Shown: piece by piece, positions 47,501-60,434 of the stretch
Position numbering within the stretch: position 1 is the first letter of the stretch
Layout: each line of letters opens with the position of its first letter
From: Marsupella aquatica
Taxonomy: Eukaryota; Plantae; Marchantiophyta
DNA: 64,000 bases
Assembly (NCBI GenBank): GCA_973895155.1
Contig: OZ316894.1
Span: 8,332,234-8,396,233 of the forward strand
Direction of reading: 5' to 3'
Translations under genes and position numbers: made by a program
Notes under the pieces: generated by a model
Database searches by the model: none
The model's input: the letters and a program-made list of their open reading frames with translations, nothing else
What the model was told of the DNA's origin: nothing

Positions 47501-49428
47501 GCCTACTCTAGCCACAGAAGTTGTACATCGTGTTGCAGAGCTTCTGAAAGTATACAATTCACGTAGTTGTCAGCTAGTCCTTGGTGCTGGGGCAATGCAG
47601 GTAGGTTTTTGTCCCGGTGATTTATAGCTTTTCACCAATGTATTTATTGGCTTAGTTCAAGTTCGCAGTGCTGAAATGTGCAGCCTCGTTTGAACAACAT
47701 TCATTTAATAGACAGCTAGTAAACTCAGTCCATCTTACTTTTGCTGACAGGTATCCGGCTTGAAGTCGATCACAGCCAAACATTTGGCCTTGGCTAGCCA
47801 AACCATAAGTTTTGTATATGCTATTATTCCTGGTATGAGTGGTTCATCTATCCCAAGATAACTTTTGCGCTAATTTTCAAACAAGACTCACATAGAATCA
47901 GTCCTTTTGGCTCGAGGTTCCAGGACTGCAAATGGCCACAACTGTTATCCTCCTTGGAACTGAGGATTGTTTTGTTCTGTCCATTAAATATTGTAGATAT
48001 TCGAAGGCTACTATCTCTGCACATTCCAGAGGCTCGGAAGGGCTTGGTTTTGAATGAGATTGATCGGGTCGGACAGGTGACCACGATACCCTGTTACTTT
48101 TTAAGTGTCATCATAACGATTAAATTGTAAATCTATCTCTGAATTACGTTTAAAAATTCACTGCAATTGAGTTCATGGGGAACAAGGGTGGGTAAATTTG
48201 TACAGCCAATGTGTGCATGAGTCTATATGCTTGCAGTGGAGTTGAGTTGGGGTTGTTCGTAGACTTTGAAAATTATGTTGGCTAAAGGTTTGACAGGAAC
48301 ATTCCTGGGGCACATTCTGGAATGAGTACTCAGGATTATAGAGTACACCGGGACGAGATCCATTCAAAGCTGGTTCAAATAATGAAGGAGCGGATGATTT
48401 TTCACCTCAGAGCTGTACCGCAAACTGTGGAGAATTGGAATAGGGTGGATGATAGTGATACCCAACCCAGTGCATGGGCTCGGGCTCTAGTGAAGGTTTG
48501 TGATCTCTTTCCATGCACTTACCCAGAGTTTTGGTAGCTTTTGGGTGGGAGGGAAGCGTATTACTTCTGACATGATTTGTAGTATGGCTATACCAGGAAA
48601 GCTGTTGTTATAGTTCCAATTTCTAAAAATATGGATGCATATATTAATAAAGAACTCTTTCCAGCTCTCAAGAAGTAGACCGAAATCTAGCAGACACACT
48701 TGGAAAGGTTTTACTACGAATTCTTGTATTAACTCAAAGTTGTTGCTTCTGTATGCAGGAAGTTGGTGTGTTACATAGAGTCTTGTCTCCTCTTCTCCTA
48801 GAGGCCGATGTCCGTTCTATTTTCACGTAAGTATCACAAAACCAATTCGATATATGGGGTTTCATTTCCCAATTTACTTTCTTACTTCCAAACCCCGACC
48901 CACTCCCCTCAAACCACGCCCCCCCCCTTCCTCTACCGCACACGACAGTACTCACCGCAAACGACACAAACAAAATTAAGGATTGGAGAAACATTCGCCA
49001 AAGTTTCTGGTAGTCCGATGTGGAATGAAGATTCTCCTTGTTTATGATCTATTCTGAATTGCACTTTTTTGGCTCCCATCTGAATGGCAGTCGAGTTATC
49101 GCGTTGTTTCACACTCAAATAGCAGATGTCTTTTCCAAGGTGGAGGTGACAACTCCTCATGGAAAACGGAGGTACGTCACTTTATTTGTCTTGTGTGAGT
49201 TACCCTACTATTGCGTCCCTTCCCTCATTTTCTGTTAACAACAGTGTGGTCAATGCGTTGACGTGGTTGATCCATGTTATGCTGAGCAGGATGTTCAGAG
49301 ATATTCAGCACATCCTTAGTTGCACACAAGGACTTCCATCAGATGACGTCAAGACGGATAATACCCAAAAGTCAAGGGAGCTTGATGAATTTCTTTCTCA
49401 AAGATATGGAATTGAGGTTCCCCCTTAG
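41536..49428 (+). CDS. VPS54: Vacuolar protein sorting-associated protein 54 (GARP complex subunit), multi-exon
   Basis: Exon 1 (41536-42474): GQSLASVLNNP, GEGLVACLREIPSLYFDEDFAL, LQEKLSHYLDLVEVHLVREISARSDSFF. Later exons: DCAGALDVVDDL, AARWAKLLGVRA-like HGRWAKLLGVRA, RGTLQSQAKSFVD, AVLEQETW, SGLILLKMIAEY, QLVLGAGAMQ, SGLKSITAKHLALASQ, HRDEIHSKLVQIM. Ends ..FLSQRYGIEVPP*. Confidence 0.95.
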
Positions 49429-51500
49429 TCCGAGCATCGAAGTCTAGTAGAAAAGTTCAGTCAGGCGAGAGCTTCATTGAGTGGTCACCCAAACCCACAC
49501 GGTCTTGGATTTAGTCAGACCTGAGGATCCTCATATTCATTTATGTATTCTAGAACAGACCACTATTCTTTGAGCGTCAACAAGTGTTATATCTGGAGAA
49601 GAATTTCTATCTGGACCACTGTTGGGCAAGTGGCTTCTATCAGGTTTGTCACGCCTTCTCTGACAACCTATTGTCTCATGCAATTTTTGATCAACTGTTC
49701 AAGTTTTGTTTCTGAAATTCGACGTAGTTTTCGTTTGGCAATCGGTTCCTTGAGCATCTCTAAATATTGGATATCTCCAAAACGAGAACTCAAGTTGATC
49801 GCTGAGCAAGATACTATCCAACATGAACTCGTTGCTGGAGCGTTATTAATGAAAAGACATGATTTTGTTGGCCTCTGAGCTCACCAAATAGTGCTCTTGT
49901 GTCTGGGTTGTACCTTGGTAGGTAGCAAGTTATTCTTTTTGGGGGGTTTTTACTTTTTACTAAATGTTCTATTATGGTGAATGAGCAGGCCCTTCACGCT
50001 GGACACATGACGCAGAAAGCCTTGAATTCTGCACCTGAACCGATGCAGTTGTGATTGAAGTATCAGGAGTATTTTTACAGTTGATCAAAACTGCGAATGC
50101 TCAGTCGGTGTCTCATTCTTTTGCCATGTCAGTTTTGGTTCTTGTGAAGCGTGATCAGAATGAAATCTTCTACGTGGCATTTGCCTGAGTTGGATAAAAT
50201 CTTGTTCTGCTGTTGGTGTTTAGAATGTGGAGCATTATTTTCACTTTGTTTTTTCTTTGATGATTGATGAGTCTCTGAAACTGGGACTGGCTATGCAACC
50301 TAAAACCTGGAAAATAGTTTCACTTACGACAGGTAGTATACAAGCAAACTGTCACAACTCTTTCTGAGGTTTTCAGGGACGAGTCTGAATGCCCATTCTT
50401 TGAATGACATCAGAGTGATAACAAAAAACAAATGACATCAGAGTGATAACAAAAAACAGCATGCATGATCATCATTTTGACCTACCGTTCATCCCATTCT
50501 GCTCTCCATCTACATATATTTGGTGGGGCCCTGAAGTCGTGGTCTGGAGGCTTTGCTCTAGAGACCTAGACCCCAACTCTAGCTTCTGTTCGCAAATTGC
50601 AAATTAGTAGTAAAATTGAAGTGTTACTACTGGAAAGCAAAATCTTGGGTGCCACTGTTTTCGCCTCGTCATGGTTCTGCCCACCCTGATTCACTACAAG
50701 TTCTAGTTTACTGGTTTAATGTTCGTCTCTGTAACCCACTTGGAATCAATGACCTAGTGTCAAGGGAAACTCCTGGGGAAACTGACAAAAGTCAGACAAA
50801 TTTGTGAGTATTTTGATTGACAAGGATATTAGTCATGGTATATAACATTTTGTTTTATAGGACATTTTTGCATTTTGGTGTAAAACATGGTACTGAAGCA
50901 AGTGTGACTTTTTGATATGGTCCATCTAGATGTGAAACTCTCTAGAATGTTTTGCAACATTGAGGTCCAGCCAGGCTTCTTTTCCCATGAAAATTGCAAC
51001 AAAAATGTTTGAATATCATATCCATCTTGGATCTGCACGTGAGCATAGCACTGGCCACTTAAAGATTGAGTAGCGCACTTGTTTTTCTTGCATTGATACC
51101 AAAAGGGTGATTGACCCATCACTACAGTAAGTAGATGCAGGATCTAACAAGGGACCCTACCAGGAGGGATAGAGGATTAAGACGAGGATTAAGACGAGGA
51201 CTAAGCCAGGGTCCCAAAGCAAACAACTATGGTGGTTGAGGAGATAGCCAATTTGCGCCCACTACACATTCAACCCTCCTGACATATCTTCACAGTAAAG
51301 ATATGTGACCCTGATATATTACCTTCACAATCAAAGTTTAGTGTTTGTGACCTACTCCATAGAACTAAGCCATAGGCCATAATTTCTTAGGTAACCAATT
51401 TTTTTATTATTTAGACTACAATGATGAGTACTGACAGGCATGGGGATACTGGGCACAGGGAACCCTTGCTTCCTATGCATGCACATTGGTATCAAGGCTA

Positions 51501-53389
51501 CTGTCTTCCCCCGAACTTAAGGCCCGGGCGCTATATTTGAATAGTGAGCCAAGGGGCGCTCTATTCGAATATAGCGCCCAGGGCGCTGTGTTTGAGTTTG
51601 AAGTAAATGTTTCCATTTCTTGGACTTGTGGCACTGTGTCTGAAATGTGGCGTTGTGTTCAAATGTAAGGTAATGTGCTTGAATTTTGGCATTGTGAGAT
51701 GCATGTAAAGTGTAAGAAGGAATGATATGCATAAAAGTTATGTGTGTTAGAGAGTAGTGTGTTCAAGTTTTGGTTTTTTGACTTCCCAAAAATATTTACG
51801 GACCCCACTAGAGGTCCCTTCCAAAATTCCTGGCACCATAGCGTGCCACATCAACAACAACCGCAACAAACAAGACTCGTCGGTTTTGTGAATCAAACTT
51901 ATAATTTTCATTCGTGTTTGTGTCAATTTGAGTGTAAATTTTGGGACGCCGTGCAGTAAAAAGAAAAGTAAAAACATTGGAAATGCAAAGAGCAAGACGG
52001 TTAAAACTGTCACTATGTAACCGTTTTAGTTACATTTCCAATTTTAAAATTTAAATTCAAAGATTTATAAAAAATATTTTTCATATAATAAATAATGACT
52101 AATAACTAACTTGATAACTTCCTTGTTAAACTGCAACTCCCGGTATGTAAGGACCTCTCGTATTGTACGGCCATTAATGCTGGGAAGAGCACATAGAAAC
52201 CCAAGATAGGGGAGGAGGAATGGCTGGAATCTTGAAAGTTCATCGAATTTTATACTCAAAACTATTTACTCATTCTCAAAACAAAAAATACCCAGTCGTA
52301 GATCTCATTCATTGAGATCTTTCTTTTGCACCCTAGATCGCCTTCTAACATGGATGAATAAGATTTCTAGAGGCATTACAAAATGGACGGCAAAGATCGT
52401 AAAATCATTAAAATCGACGGCTAGGAAGGCTTGGATTTGTTTAATTTTTCATTTGAAAAATATTAACCCATTTGCAAAACGGACAGAACCCATCCATAGA
52501 TCTATTTGAGATCTTTCTTTTGAGCCATAGATTGGCCATTATGATGGACCAACAAGATTTCCGGAGATAAGAAATGGAGACGGCTCAGATCGACTCTTCC
52601 CCCTGATTTTATTAGCCAAGGGGTCCACGAACTAATTGCTCATTCAAAGGATGTGTAGCTAAATAATTGAACCACTGAAATTTCACAAGGGGAGAAATCA
52701 AATTTGCAATAGAAAATAAAACCTGACAAACCATACATACCAAGTGTACTATTATCACTTAGTAAAACATATTCGTCCACTTTTCACAATTGTTCGGTTT
52801 ACTATGGCCAATTTGCTCATTTCTATAGTTATTTAATCTTTCTTCTTGCAGTGTGGAATGTCCGTGAGACTATTCGAGTGCCTTGATCTTGAAGGCAATG
52901 GAAAATTGAAAATAGAGAAGTGAGTAGTCAGATCTAATTATGAACGTAGGCACTATGGGTTTCTTTGACGAGACGTCGTGGCATCAGTCAGAGGTTGATG
53001 TGAAAGTCTGTCAAAAGTTCACACAGTAGAAGAATATATCGATACTTCCGGATTGCTGCTCAACATTTTGGAAACAGCGCACACTTCTTCGAGAATGAAG
53101 GATTTTGAAATTAGCTTACATTTCTCAAAGGACAATGGATTTTGTAAGTTGAAAGAGCGGATGTGTTGGACGATTTTAAAGTAACGGATAGTAGTTGCAA
53201 CCCGGTTACCTTTCTCCTATAGTCACTTGAATGTGCACATTTTTGAACACAAAGTCAATTTCAAACACAGCGCCCGGGCGCTGTGTTAATATGGCGCTGT
53301 GTTTGAGTGAAAACGTCTTTTTTGCCTAAAGTCCTTGTTTTGACCATATTCGAACACAACGCCCGGGCGTTGTGTTCGGGGGAAGACAG
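51501..53389. mobile_element. ~1.9-kb non-autonomous Tc1/mariner (pogo-like) element
   Basis: Perfect terminal inverted repeat ctgtcttcccccgaac / gttcgggggaagacag flanked by TA on both sides (51499-51500, 53390-53391); subterminal gcgcccgggcgc(t)-type palindromes at both ends; no recognisable transposase ORF. Confidence 0.85.
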
Positions 53390-53846
53390 TAGTACCATAC
53401 ACCCTCCACACCAGGCAAAAATTTCCCACCCAGCCACAGACCCCGTTGGCTAGAATCGGACGACATCCTTAAAGCTAATGAGCTAAAGGTCAGAAATTAA
53501 GATAGGAAAATTACATGAGGGATGTTCTGAGCATCTTCTCCTTTGCACAAGGGGAAAAACTTTCAAAATTACCTACACATTCCTAAGTGTGAAGGGGAGA
53601 CTGACACCATATAACCTGCACACCCTTATTAGTAAAGGGAAATTGAACCTGGGAATTATCAATTAATTTAGAGTACAGTGACCTCTCTCTAAGTGCACCC
53701 TCCTGGGAAGAAACCTCCAATCTGCACTTAATGAGGGTTTTCACTATGTCATAAGTCCAAACACTTGGACTTTGCATTTACCATAAGAGTGTACAGACAA
53801 TGGGCCCTTTGCCACTCAACATTCTCGTGGCTTCCTTCCTGAATTG

Positions 53847-54032
53847 CACAAACTGCAACAAAAGTGCAAAATTGTCGGACAAGGAAAGGAAGGAACAGGA
53901 CACCATGCAATTATCCAGCTTGTATATTTATCATTCAGTGCATCACACTTTGCACTCACACAAACTGCAACAAAAAAAATCAAAATTGTCGGGCAAAATA
54001 AGGAAGGAACAACACACCATGCAATTATCCAG
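53847..54032. repeat. ~112-bp-period direct duplication upstream of HYPK
   Basis: cacaaactgcaacaaaa..caaaattgtcgg..aggaaggaaca..caccatgcaattatccag occurs twice. Confidence 0.85.
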
Positions 54033-54220
54033 GTTTTGCACTTAGAGAGAAGTCACCACTGTATAGGAAGTTCTGGATTTCATCAAATCTCTCAAGTAAT
54101 TCTCACGTGCTGTTCTCAGGGTCTACTGGTGCAGTGCCCCCAATGGCGTTTCTGCGTTGAGTGGAATCTCCAAGCTCGGACGAGAGCGACAGAACGGAAG
54201 GAAGTTGAGAGCGCCCTCTT

Positions 54221-54228
54221 AAACCCTA
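54221..54228 (+). promoter_or_regulatory. Telo-box (AAACCCTA) upstream of HYPK
   Basis: Exact AAACCCTA 200 bp before the ATG. Telo-boxes are known to be enriched near plant translation-related genes; function here is inferred. Confidence 0.5.
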
Positions 54229-54340
54229 GAGGTTCCCACGAAAACAAGGAGCATCGAAAAAAGTATCGAAGACGCGAGCGAATTTCTTCTTCTTGACGAG
54301 GAAATGCCACAATCCTCTGATGTTGTAGAATTGATTTGAC

Positions 54341-54400
54341 CTCTCTCTCTCTGTCTCTCTGTCTCTCTCTTCTCCTCCCTGTCCCTCTCTCATCTCTCTC
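54341..54400. repeat. CT-rich microsatellite/Y-patch in the HYPK 5' leader
   Basis: ctctctctctctgtctctctgtctctctct... Confidence 0.8.
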
Positions 54401-54420
54401 CGTGCTGCAATCTTAGAAGC

Positions 54421-55436
54421 ATGGCGGAAGATGGGCAGGACGGAATGCCTGCTGCGGTGGACTCGAGCAAAGATCAGCAGCAGCAGAGCAAAGCGCTGGA
54501 CTCGCTCACCGATCATGTTGAGGAGCGGCAGCTTGATTCCACAAGAGTCCAGCAGGTCAGTCATTGCCCGAACTGTCTGTTGTCTTTGTGCCATCATCAA
54601 TTTCCAACGTACTGTTGTCATGTGTGAGGATGCATTGGATAATTTTCTCAGTTAAGTTTGGGGGAATTGGTTGGTGATTGGGATGGCAGGCTATGGCCTC
54701 AATCTCTGCAAGAGCTGATGCCGATAGGAATACCCAGCGTCTCAAGTAAGTTCTTCTGTTGGCCACATTTCAAATCTAAATTTTCAACCAGAAATCTCCT
54801 TGTCATATGCATCAAATTGTAAATCCATAAGTACTCGGACTCCTGGCGGACACAAACAAAATTGTCTTTGATCGTACGTTTTGTTGAGGTATTCGTAGCC
54901 ACAAAAATTGCAACCGAGTCTTGACGTCATTTGTTTTGTTCTTTGGACAGAGAGCTTGAGTTATCAAAAGTGAAGATCAATTCAGCAGATGTGGATATTA
55001 TGGTGGATGAACTTGAAGTATGATCTGCTAACCCTAATTAGCACTGTAGCTCCTTGTCGAGCCTTGTCCTTGTACTTTTTCACTGATTCTGCCAGGACAG
55101 TTGTTTCGAGATTCTGGTTAAGTCGAGTACATTGCTTTCTCGTTCGTTTTGCTCTTTCAAACGTCCCCCTTGATACTGATTGTCAGGTTAGTTCTAAAAC
55201 TATTTCTAGTTTCCCTGAAGGTTGTTTGGTAGATTACTCCGTTTCTGTGTGTGATGTAAGCAGATGTCGGTAGATCTCCCATGTTTTTGTATTTAAGTGG
55301 TGCATGAAATAGGAGGGTACGCTGACCCTGATTTTTGTGGAATCATGCTCAGCTGGACAAAAAGGTAGCTGAGAAGAGGCTCAGGGAGCATATGGGTGAT
55401 CCTGTGGCTGCCATTCGATCCTTTCTTGCCAGTTAA
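54421..55436 (+). CDS. HYPK: Huntingtin-interacting protein K (NatA-associated, C-terminal UBA-like domain), 4 exons
   Basis: Exons 54421-54555, 54690-54745, 54951-55017 and 55353-55436 give MAEDGQ..KDQQQQSKALDSLTDHVEERQLDSTRVQQAMASI..ELELSKVKINSADVDIMVDELELDKKVAEKRLREHMGDPVAAIRSFLAS*. Confidence 0.92.
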
Positions 55437-56249
55437 CACTCGATGCTGAATTCCTCCTCTATGGCACTTTGGATGAGGCCGTGAAGGAGGACGCCAGATC
55501 TAAAGGTTTTTGCTTTTGTGAATAGGTCACATTATTTCTAGTGAAGGAATGAGAAACCTCACTTGTTTAGAATGGAGAGACGAGAGAATTCAGTGTAGCA
55601 GAGAGATATTGATACAATTATTGGTTGGATGTCCACTGATTGTAGCAAGAGCCATCAATCGACATGGAATCCACGATATAGCAATTGCAGAGTCGTCAAT
55701 CTTGTAAGGGAGTTCCCCAGTGTGGATGATGTCAATTTTTCATTCCAATTTGCCTTGTCTGAATGATTGCACTTGTAAATGCGAATAAAATCTAGTAACC
55801 CCACGGTGACCAGTGGAAGCGGGTAAAGGGAGATCCTCAGGTATCACAACAAGGTGATGTTTTCTCCATGTTTATGTCTGTCATAGCTATTGTATGAATT
55901 TATGAATTTATGTGTACCTTACAACCATATACATGTATGCACACATTGAAGTGACAATTAGTACAATTAGTAAAACATCACCAGTATGCAAGTGTATTAG
56001 TGGCTCGACATGTCTAAGTCTACACTACAGCTAGTCACTCTGTAGGGTAGCATCCAAAGTGATTGCCCATTTTCATACACAGTACCCTCCTGCTGTCAGG
56101 TTCATGTCAAGCCCAAGACCTTGTTCATTGACCAGAGTCCAGCTAGAGCTAAAGTCCACTACAATATTGTAATGTCATAACTACAAATAATAACTGAATT
56201 TAAACAATAAATAAATGAGACAGAAGGTAGAACATGGGTGGCTGTGCCA

Positions 56250-57000
56250 GGCGTAGTGCCACATGGCCAAAGCCTCAGGTAAAGTCTCATGGAAGTTAAG
56301 GTAATCTCAGGTTCATTTAGCAATGCCTGGTCCTTCCAAATCTCAAAGACGTTTGGTTACCTAATGTACGATAGAAATTCCGAGGCTGAAAGACCGGTGG
56401 CTGGATTTCAGACACCTTGAACCTGTGACGGACCAGTAAAGGCTTTGAGTAGTTTGAAAGACATCTCGAATTATATTTTCTAAGACTGTCTAAGTCGAAT
56501 CAAGTGTTCTAGCCAATGGTGAAAGTGGAGACGCTCCTGCAAACCTTACGGAAACCATTTTAAACACGTTGGGTGATTGGCCGGTCCTTGTAATGCTAGG
56601 TTAGCTACTGGTTTAAACCCCTCCATCGTTTTGAGAGTCCATCCAAGGATGTGTCAAAGATCGTGATCAATGGGAACTTCAGTTTCGAGGTTTTCAAGTT
56701 ACTATTCAGCGTGCAAAGTCTGTAAAGTGAAAGAGGTTCTAGATTCATGGGAAGCATAATATCTCAGCACTGGAAACGTCTGATGTCATTTCCTACATTA
56801 GTGCAATTGAGCAGTTTGTCATACCGCACCGTTAAATCTACGTCGAGTCAATGCTCCCCCATTTTTATGGGTCCGTACACTGTCTGTCCCAGTTCCCGAT
56901 GCTGCTGCCCGCCCCAATCCAAACTTGCTAAATAATAAACCAAGACTCTACCATTTTGTTATCCAATTCTTTTCCTGGAGTGCTCACGACCTGTCGTGGC
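56250..57000 (-). pseudogene. Possible heavily decayed coding/LINE-like fragment
   Basis: Minus-strand Trp/Leu-rich stretches with stops (HILGWTLKTMEGFKPVANLALQGP..FHHWLEHLIRL); no diagnostic motif found. Confidence 0.25.
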
Positions 57001-57120
57001 CAACCACTATAATAGACGCAAGCACGAGCACAATTGAACATGCAGCATGCCAGGCTTCATAACTATACCCTAGTGCATCCTGGCTCATGCAGAAACATTA
57101 ATTGGCCTAGTGGAGAACAA

Positions 57121-57279
57121 GAGAGATACACTTGATGAACCCCTAAGTTGAAAAGTGTTATCCCATGGACCCCATGAGATAATTGGTACATCAATTTAAA
57201 GTCTATCAATTATCTGGATCACTCAAGGGGTCTCACAAGTAACACCTTTTGTTTTGGGGGTCCATCAAGTATATCTCTC
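57121..57279. mobile_element. ~160-bp fold-back MITE
   Basis: TIRs gagagatacacttgatgaacccc / ggggtccatcaagtatatctctc (2 mismatches in 23); TSD not clear. Confidence 0.75.
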
Positions 57280-58040
57280 CGCGGAACCATCATCTCTGTA
57301 AATAATTCAGTGACAGAATATTCTTTCCTGTGCACATCTTTTAATTTCAATACAATGTACTACACTGAAAAGTCAGTGTTTACACCAAGATGCTTAGAAC
57401 TCACTAACCCCAAAATTTTGAATAATAATCCCAGAAGGACTGAGGGGTTTGTTTTGACCACGTCCAAGGACTGTGTAAACTCATTAGTCAATTTGTATGG
57501 AATAAAAGTGACCTATTGCTTTTGGAAGGACCCTTCACTTTTGCTGAGGATGCCTAGAGTATTTTTTCCAAGCACCCGGACCAAGTGTAAACTGTTGGTT
57601 TTTGGCAAACTTGTGTATTTATTTGGACAATTTTTATATCTTTGTTTAGTGTCAGATTTTCCCAGCATGTTCTTAGATGTCCAATCTATTACATCACAAA
57701 GTTTGAGATTTTTCTAAGATCATTTGTTCTATTTTTTAGGAGCAAAAAATGGTCAAATATTGCAAACCAACTATCAAGGGACGATTCAGTATTGTGAAGG
57801 ATACTCCAAGTAGTTTGGGCACGAGCAACTGATTACCACTTTTCAGTTTTTTGAAGGGCACCCCAAGTATTCTGGGCATGGAGAGCAATTTATGACCTGG
57901 TGATTGATTAGAACCGGCTACAAATGATCAGAAGCTCATTTACAAGTCTAATTTTAGTCAAAACCGTAAACAATACTATCAGAGTCTATTTAGATGTTGT
58001 GAGCCAGTCTGTCCTAGCTTCGGAAATTCATCCAATGATT

Positions 58041-58295
58041 TTAGAATACAACTTTTAAGTACTTATCCACTAAAAGATGTTTGAATTGACAAGATTGTCA
58101 TTGGTTTTTTTTTTGTATTTACTAATAATTATGCCACGGTTTTGTTGGGGTTTCACATATGGATGACAAATTTAGCAACATAACCAGGGGAACTATATTT
58201 GAAAAGCGGGGCAAATTTGTAAATATAATAAAAAATAACAGTATTGTAAATTCAATACATCTTTAGTGGCAATGTAATTAAAAGTTGTTTGCTAA
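58041..58295. mobile_element. Old AT-rich fold-back/MITE with ~55-bp imperfect arms
   Basis: acaacttttaagtacttatccactaaaagatgtttgaattgacaa pairs with ttgtaaattcaatacatctttagtggcaatgtaattaaaagttgt. Confidence 0.65.
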
Positions 58296-59319
58296 TATGC
58301 TTAGTGAGTATTCTAAGCAAACATTTATTAAAAATATTATGAAAGTATAGCCAGCAAACCCCTAAGTCCATCCTCTCTTTACTTTTCCCAATTTAATATT
58401 TTGTTTTTGCTTAGAATATTCACAACTCCACGTTTTAACATTTAGCTAGTAGGGCACAGAATTTTAGTAATTATTCATTCTTTGCACTAGCATGGCTGGA
58501 ACTAGAAATTAAAACCGGATGGACTGATACATTATCTATGAAACTCCCATGGACAAATCAAACCTAGACAGATTAGACTGAAACACAATTATGTTTGGGT
58601 ATTGTTATTTACACGTATGTCCAAAACTAATCTGTCAGTAACCAGATCACCAGTTCGATCACCAGTTCTATCCAAAAGGTACTTGTCACGAGCACATCAT
58701 CAATTCTGTCCAAAATGTACCCTTTTAGTGACATATCACTATTGATCAGTAGCTTTGCTCCATTCTCTTAATATTAACCTTTCCATTAACCATTTTTTTG
58801 AATTCAATAAAAAAAGATAAATTTTAAGGTACATTTAGGTCTTTAAGGACCTTATCTAGCCTTTGTGGTAAATGAGTAGATTGAAGGCTTCACAGTTTAC
58901 TCATAGTGCTCCAGTAGTGTACTCAACGAATAAAAACAAAAATAACTCAATTTCCTTGGAAATATTTTTCATGTTCATAATAAACAGCAAGACCCTGCAG
59001 AAGGGGGGGAAGCAAGCAGAGGAATGACCCATGAACCAAGGGAACTACTTTCACTAGGGACGCAGGGGGGGAATCTAAAGCCTAAATGAACTCAACTTTC
59101 ATGAAGGTAATGCAATTTTTCTACACACTTAGTCAAGATTCTAAGACATTCATATTTTACAAATGGATATATGACTTACGAGAAAAGTTTATGTAAAATA
59201 TTATTTTTCATAGAGTACTGCTCTTGTTACCAAGAGTGTAGTAATATTGTCATTGCAGAGCTAAAGGAAATTTTAATTTCCATAAGCATTGTTGCATAAT
59301 ACTACTTTTCATTGTCTGT

Positions 59320-59468
59320 TTTGCTTGTCACAAGGTCTGGAGGGTTTTGTTAGTGCTAAGCTACTTGAGAAATTAATCTACTAGAGTTACTTTTCATAGT
59401 GTGTTTTGCTTGTCACAAGGAGGGTTTTGTTAGTGCTAAACTACTTGAGATATTAATCTACTAGAGTA
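59320..59468. repeat. ~85-bp-period direct duplication
   Basis: tttgcttgtcacaagg..agggttttgttagtgctaa.ctacttgaga.attaatctactagagt occurs twice. Confidence 0.85.
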
Positions 59469-60434
59469 TTGTTACCGAATCTTATTTCTAGAGAACATTG
59501 CTCTTGTTACATAGAATATTCCAGTAGAGCTATAAGAAATTTTGTTTCTGGAGAGTGTTATCTTGTTTTCTTAAATCACACCTGCCACTATAAAAGACTC
59601 ATTCCATGTCTCACTACTCACCATAAAAGCTTTTGCAGTCAACACCTTTTGTAGAGCTCAAATTCCATTTCTGAACTTGTACTCTTCAAAATGAGAGCTA
59701 CGGGTTAGCCCTTTATAGGGGCAGGTGTGGTTAAAGAGTATTTTGATCTTGTTACAAGGAGCACTATGAGTACTTTATCCCTACGGTTCCGGAATATTTT
59801 GAATGTACATACAAAACGTAAACCTTCAAGACATTAGACAGGATCTCAGTTAACTCGTCCTAGCACACAATGACCTGAAAATGAAGGTTCAATCCATTCT
59901 GTTTGAGTTCTCAATTGTCCTTACTCAAAGGGGAAGTCAACAATCAATGTGAGATCCACCATTTGCACTCTGATTGTGGCATGATTGTCTGCATAGTGGT
60001 GTATCTCCCTCACCAAGTCTCCATGCCGATAGCTAGAGAATGTCCATGAGGATAGCCAGAGGCAACAACTTAGCTGTCCATCAGGGCTTTAGTTTGATGG
60101 AACTATGGTCATAGCCGTGTATCAATTGCTTGCTGCTTACAATTTATCAGTGTGAATCGTGGTTAGAATTTATCGAGTGTCAATCGAGCTCGGGATGAGC
60201 CTGAGCTTCATTTGAGGCAAACGTAATTGTTGCTCACAATTCGGAAACTGAGTCTTTAATGGATCGAGGTGGGCGAAGTGCTGCTCAGCAGTCAGCACCC
60301 AGAGCGATGACACCGAGCCTGAACGAAGAGATGGGCGAAGTTCAGTATGCAGAGCATCGATTGGAAATGATTGATTCTCGGCAGGCACTCACAGCTATGT
60401 GATCAAACTTGAGGGAGTTCAATCACTGTGCAGG

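Noticed and set aside
48885-48940. C-rich tract in a VPS54 intron (possible minus-strand G-quadruplex)
   Set aside because: A single low-complexity tract with no supporting evidence of function.
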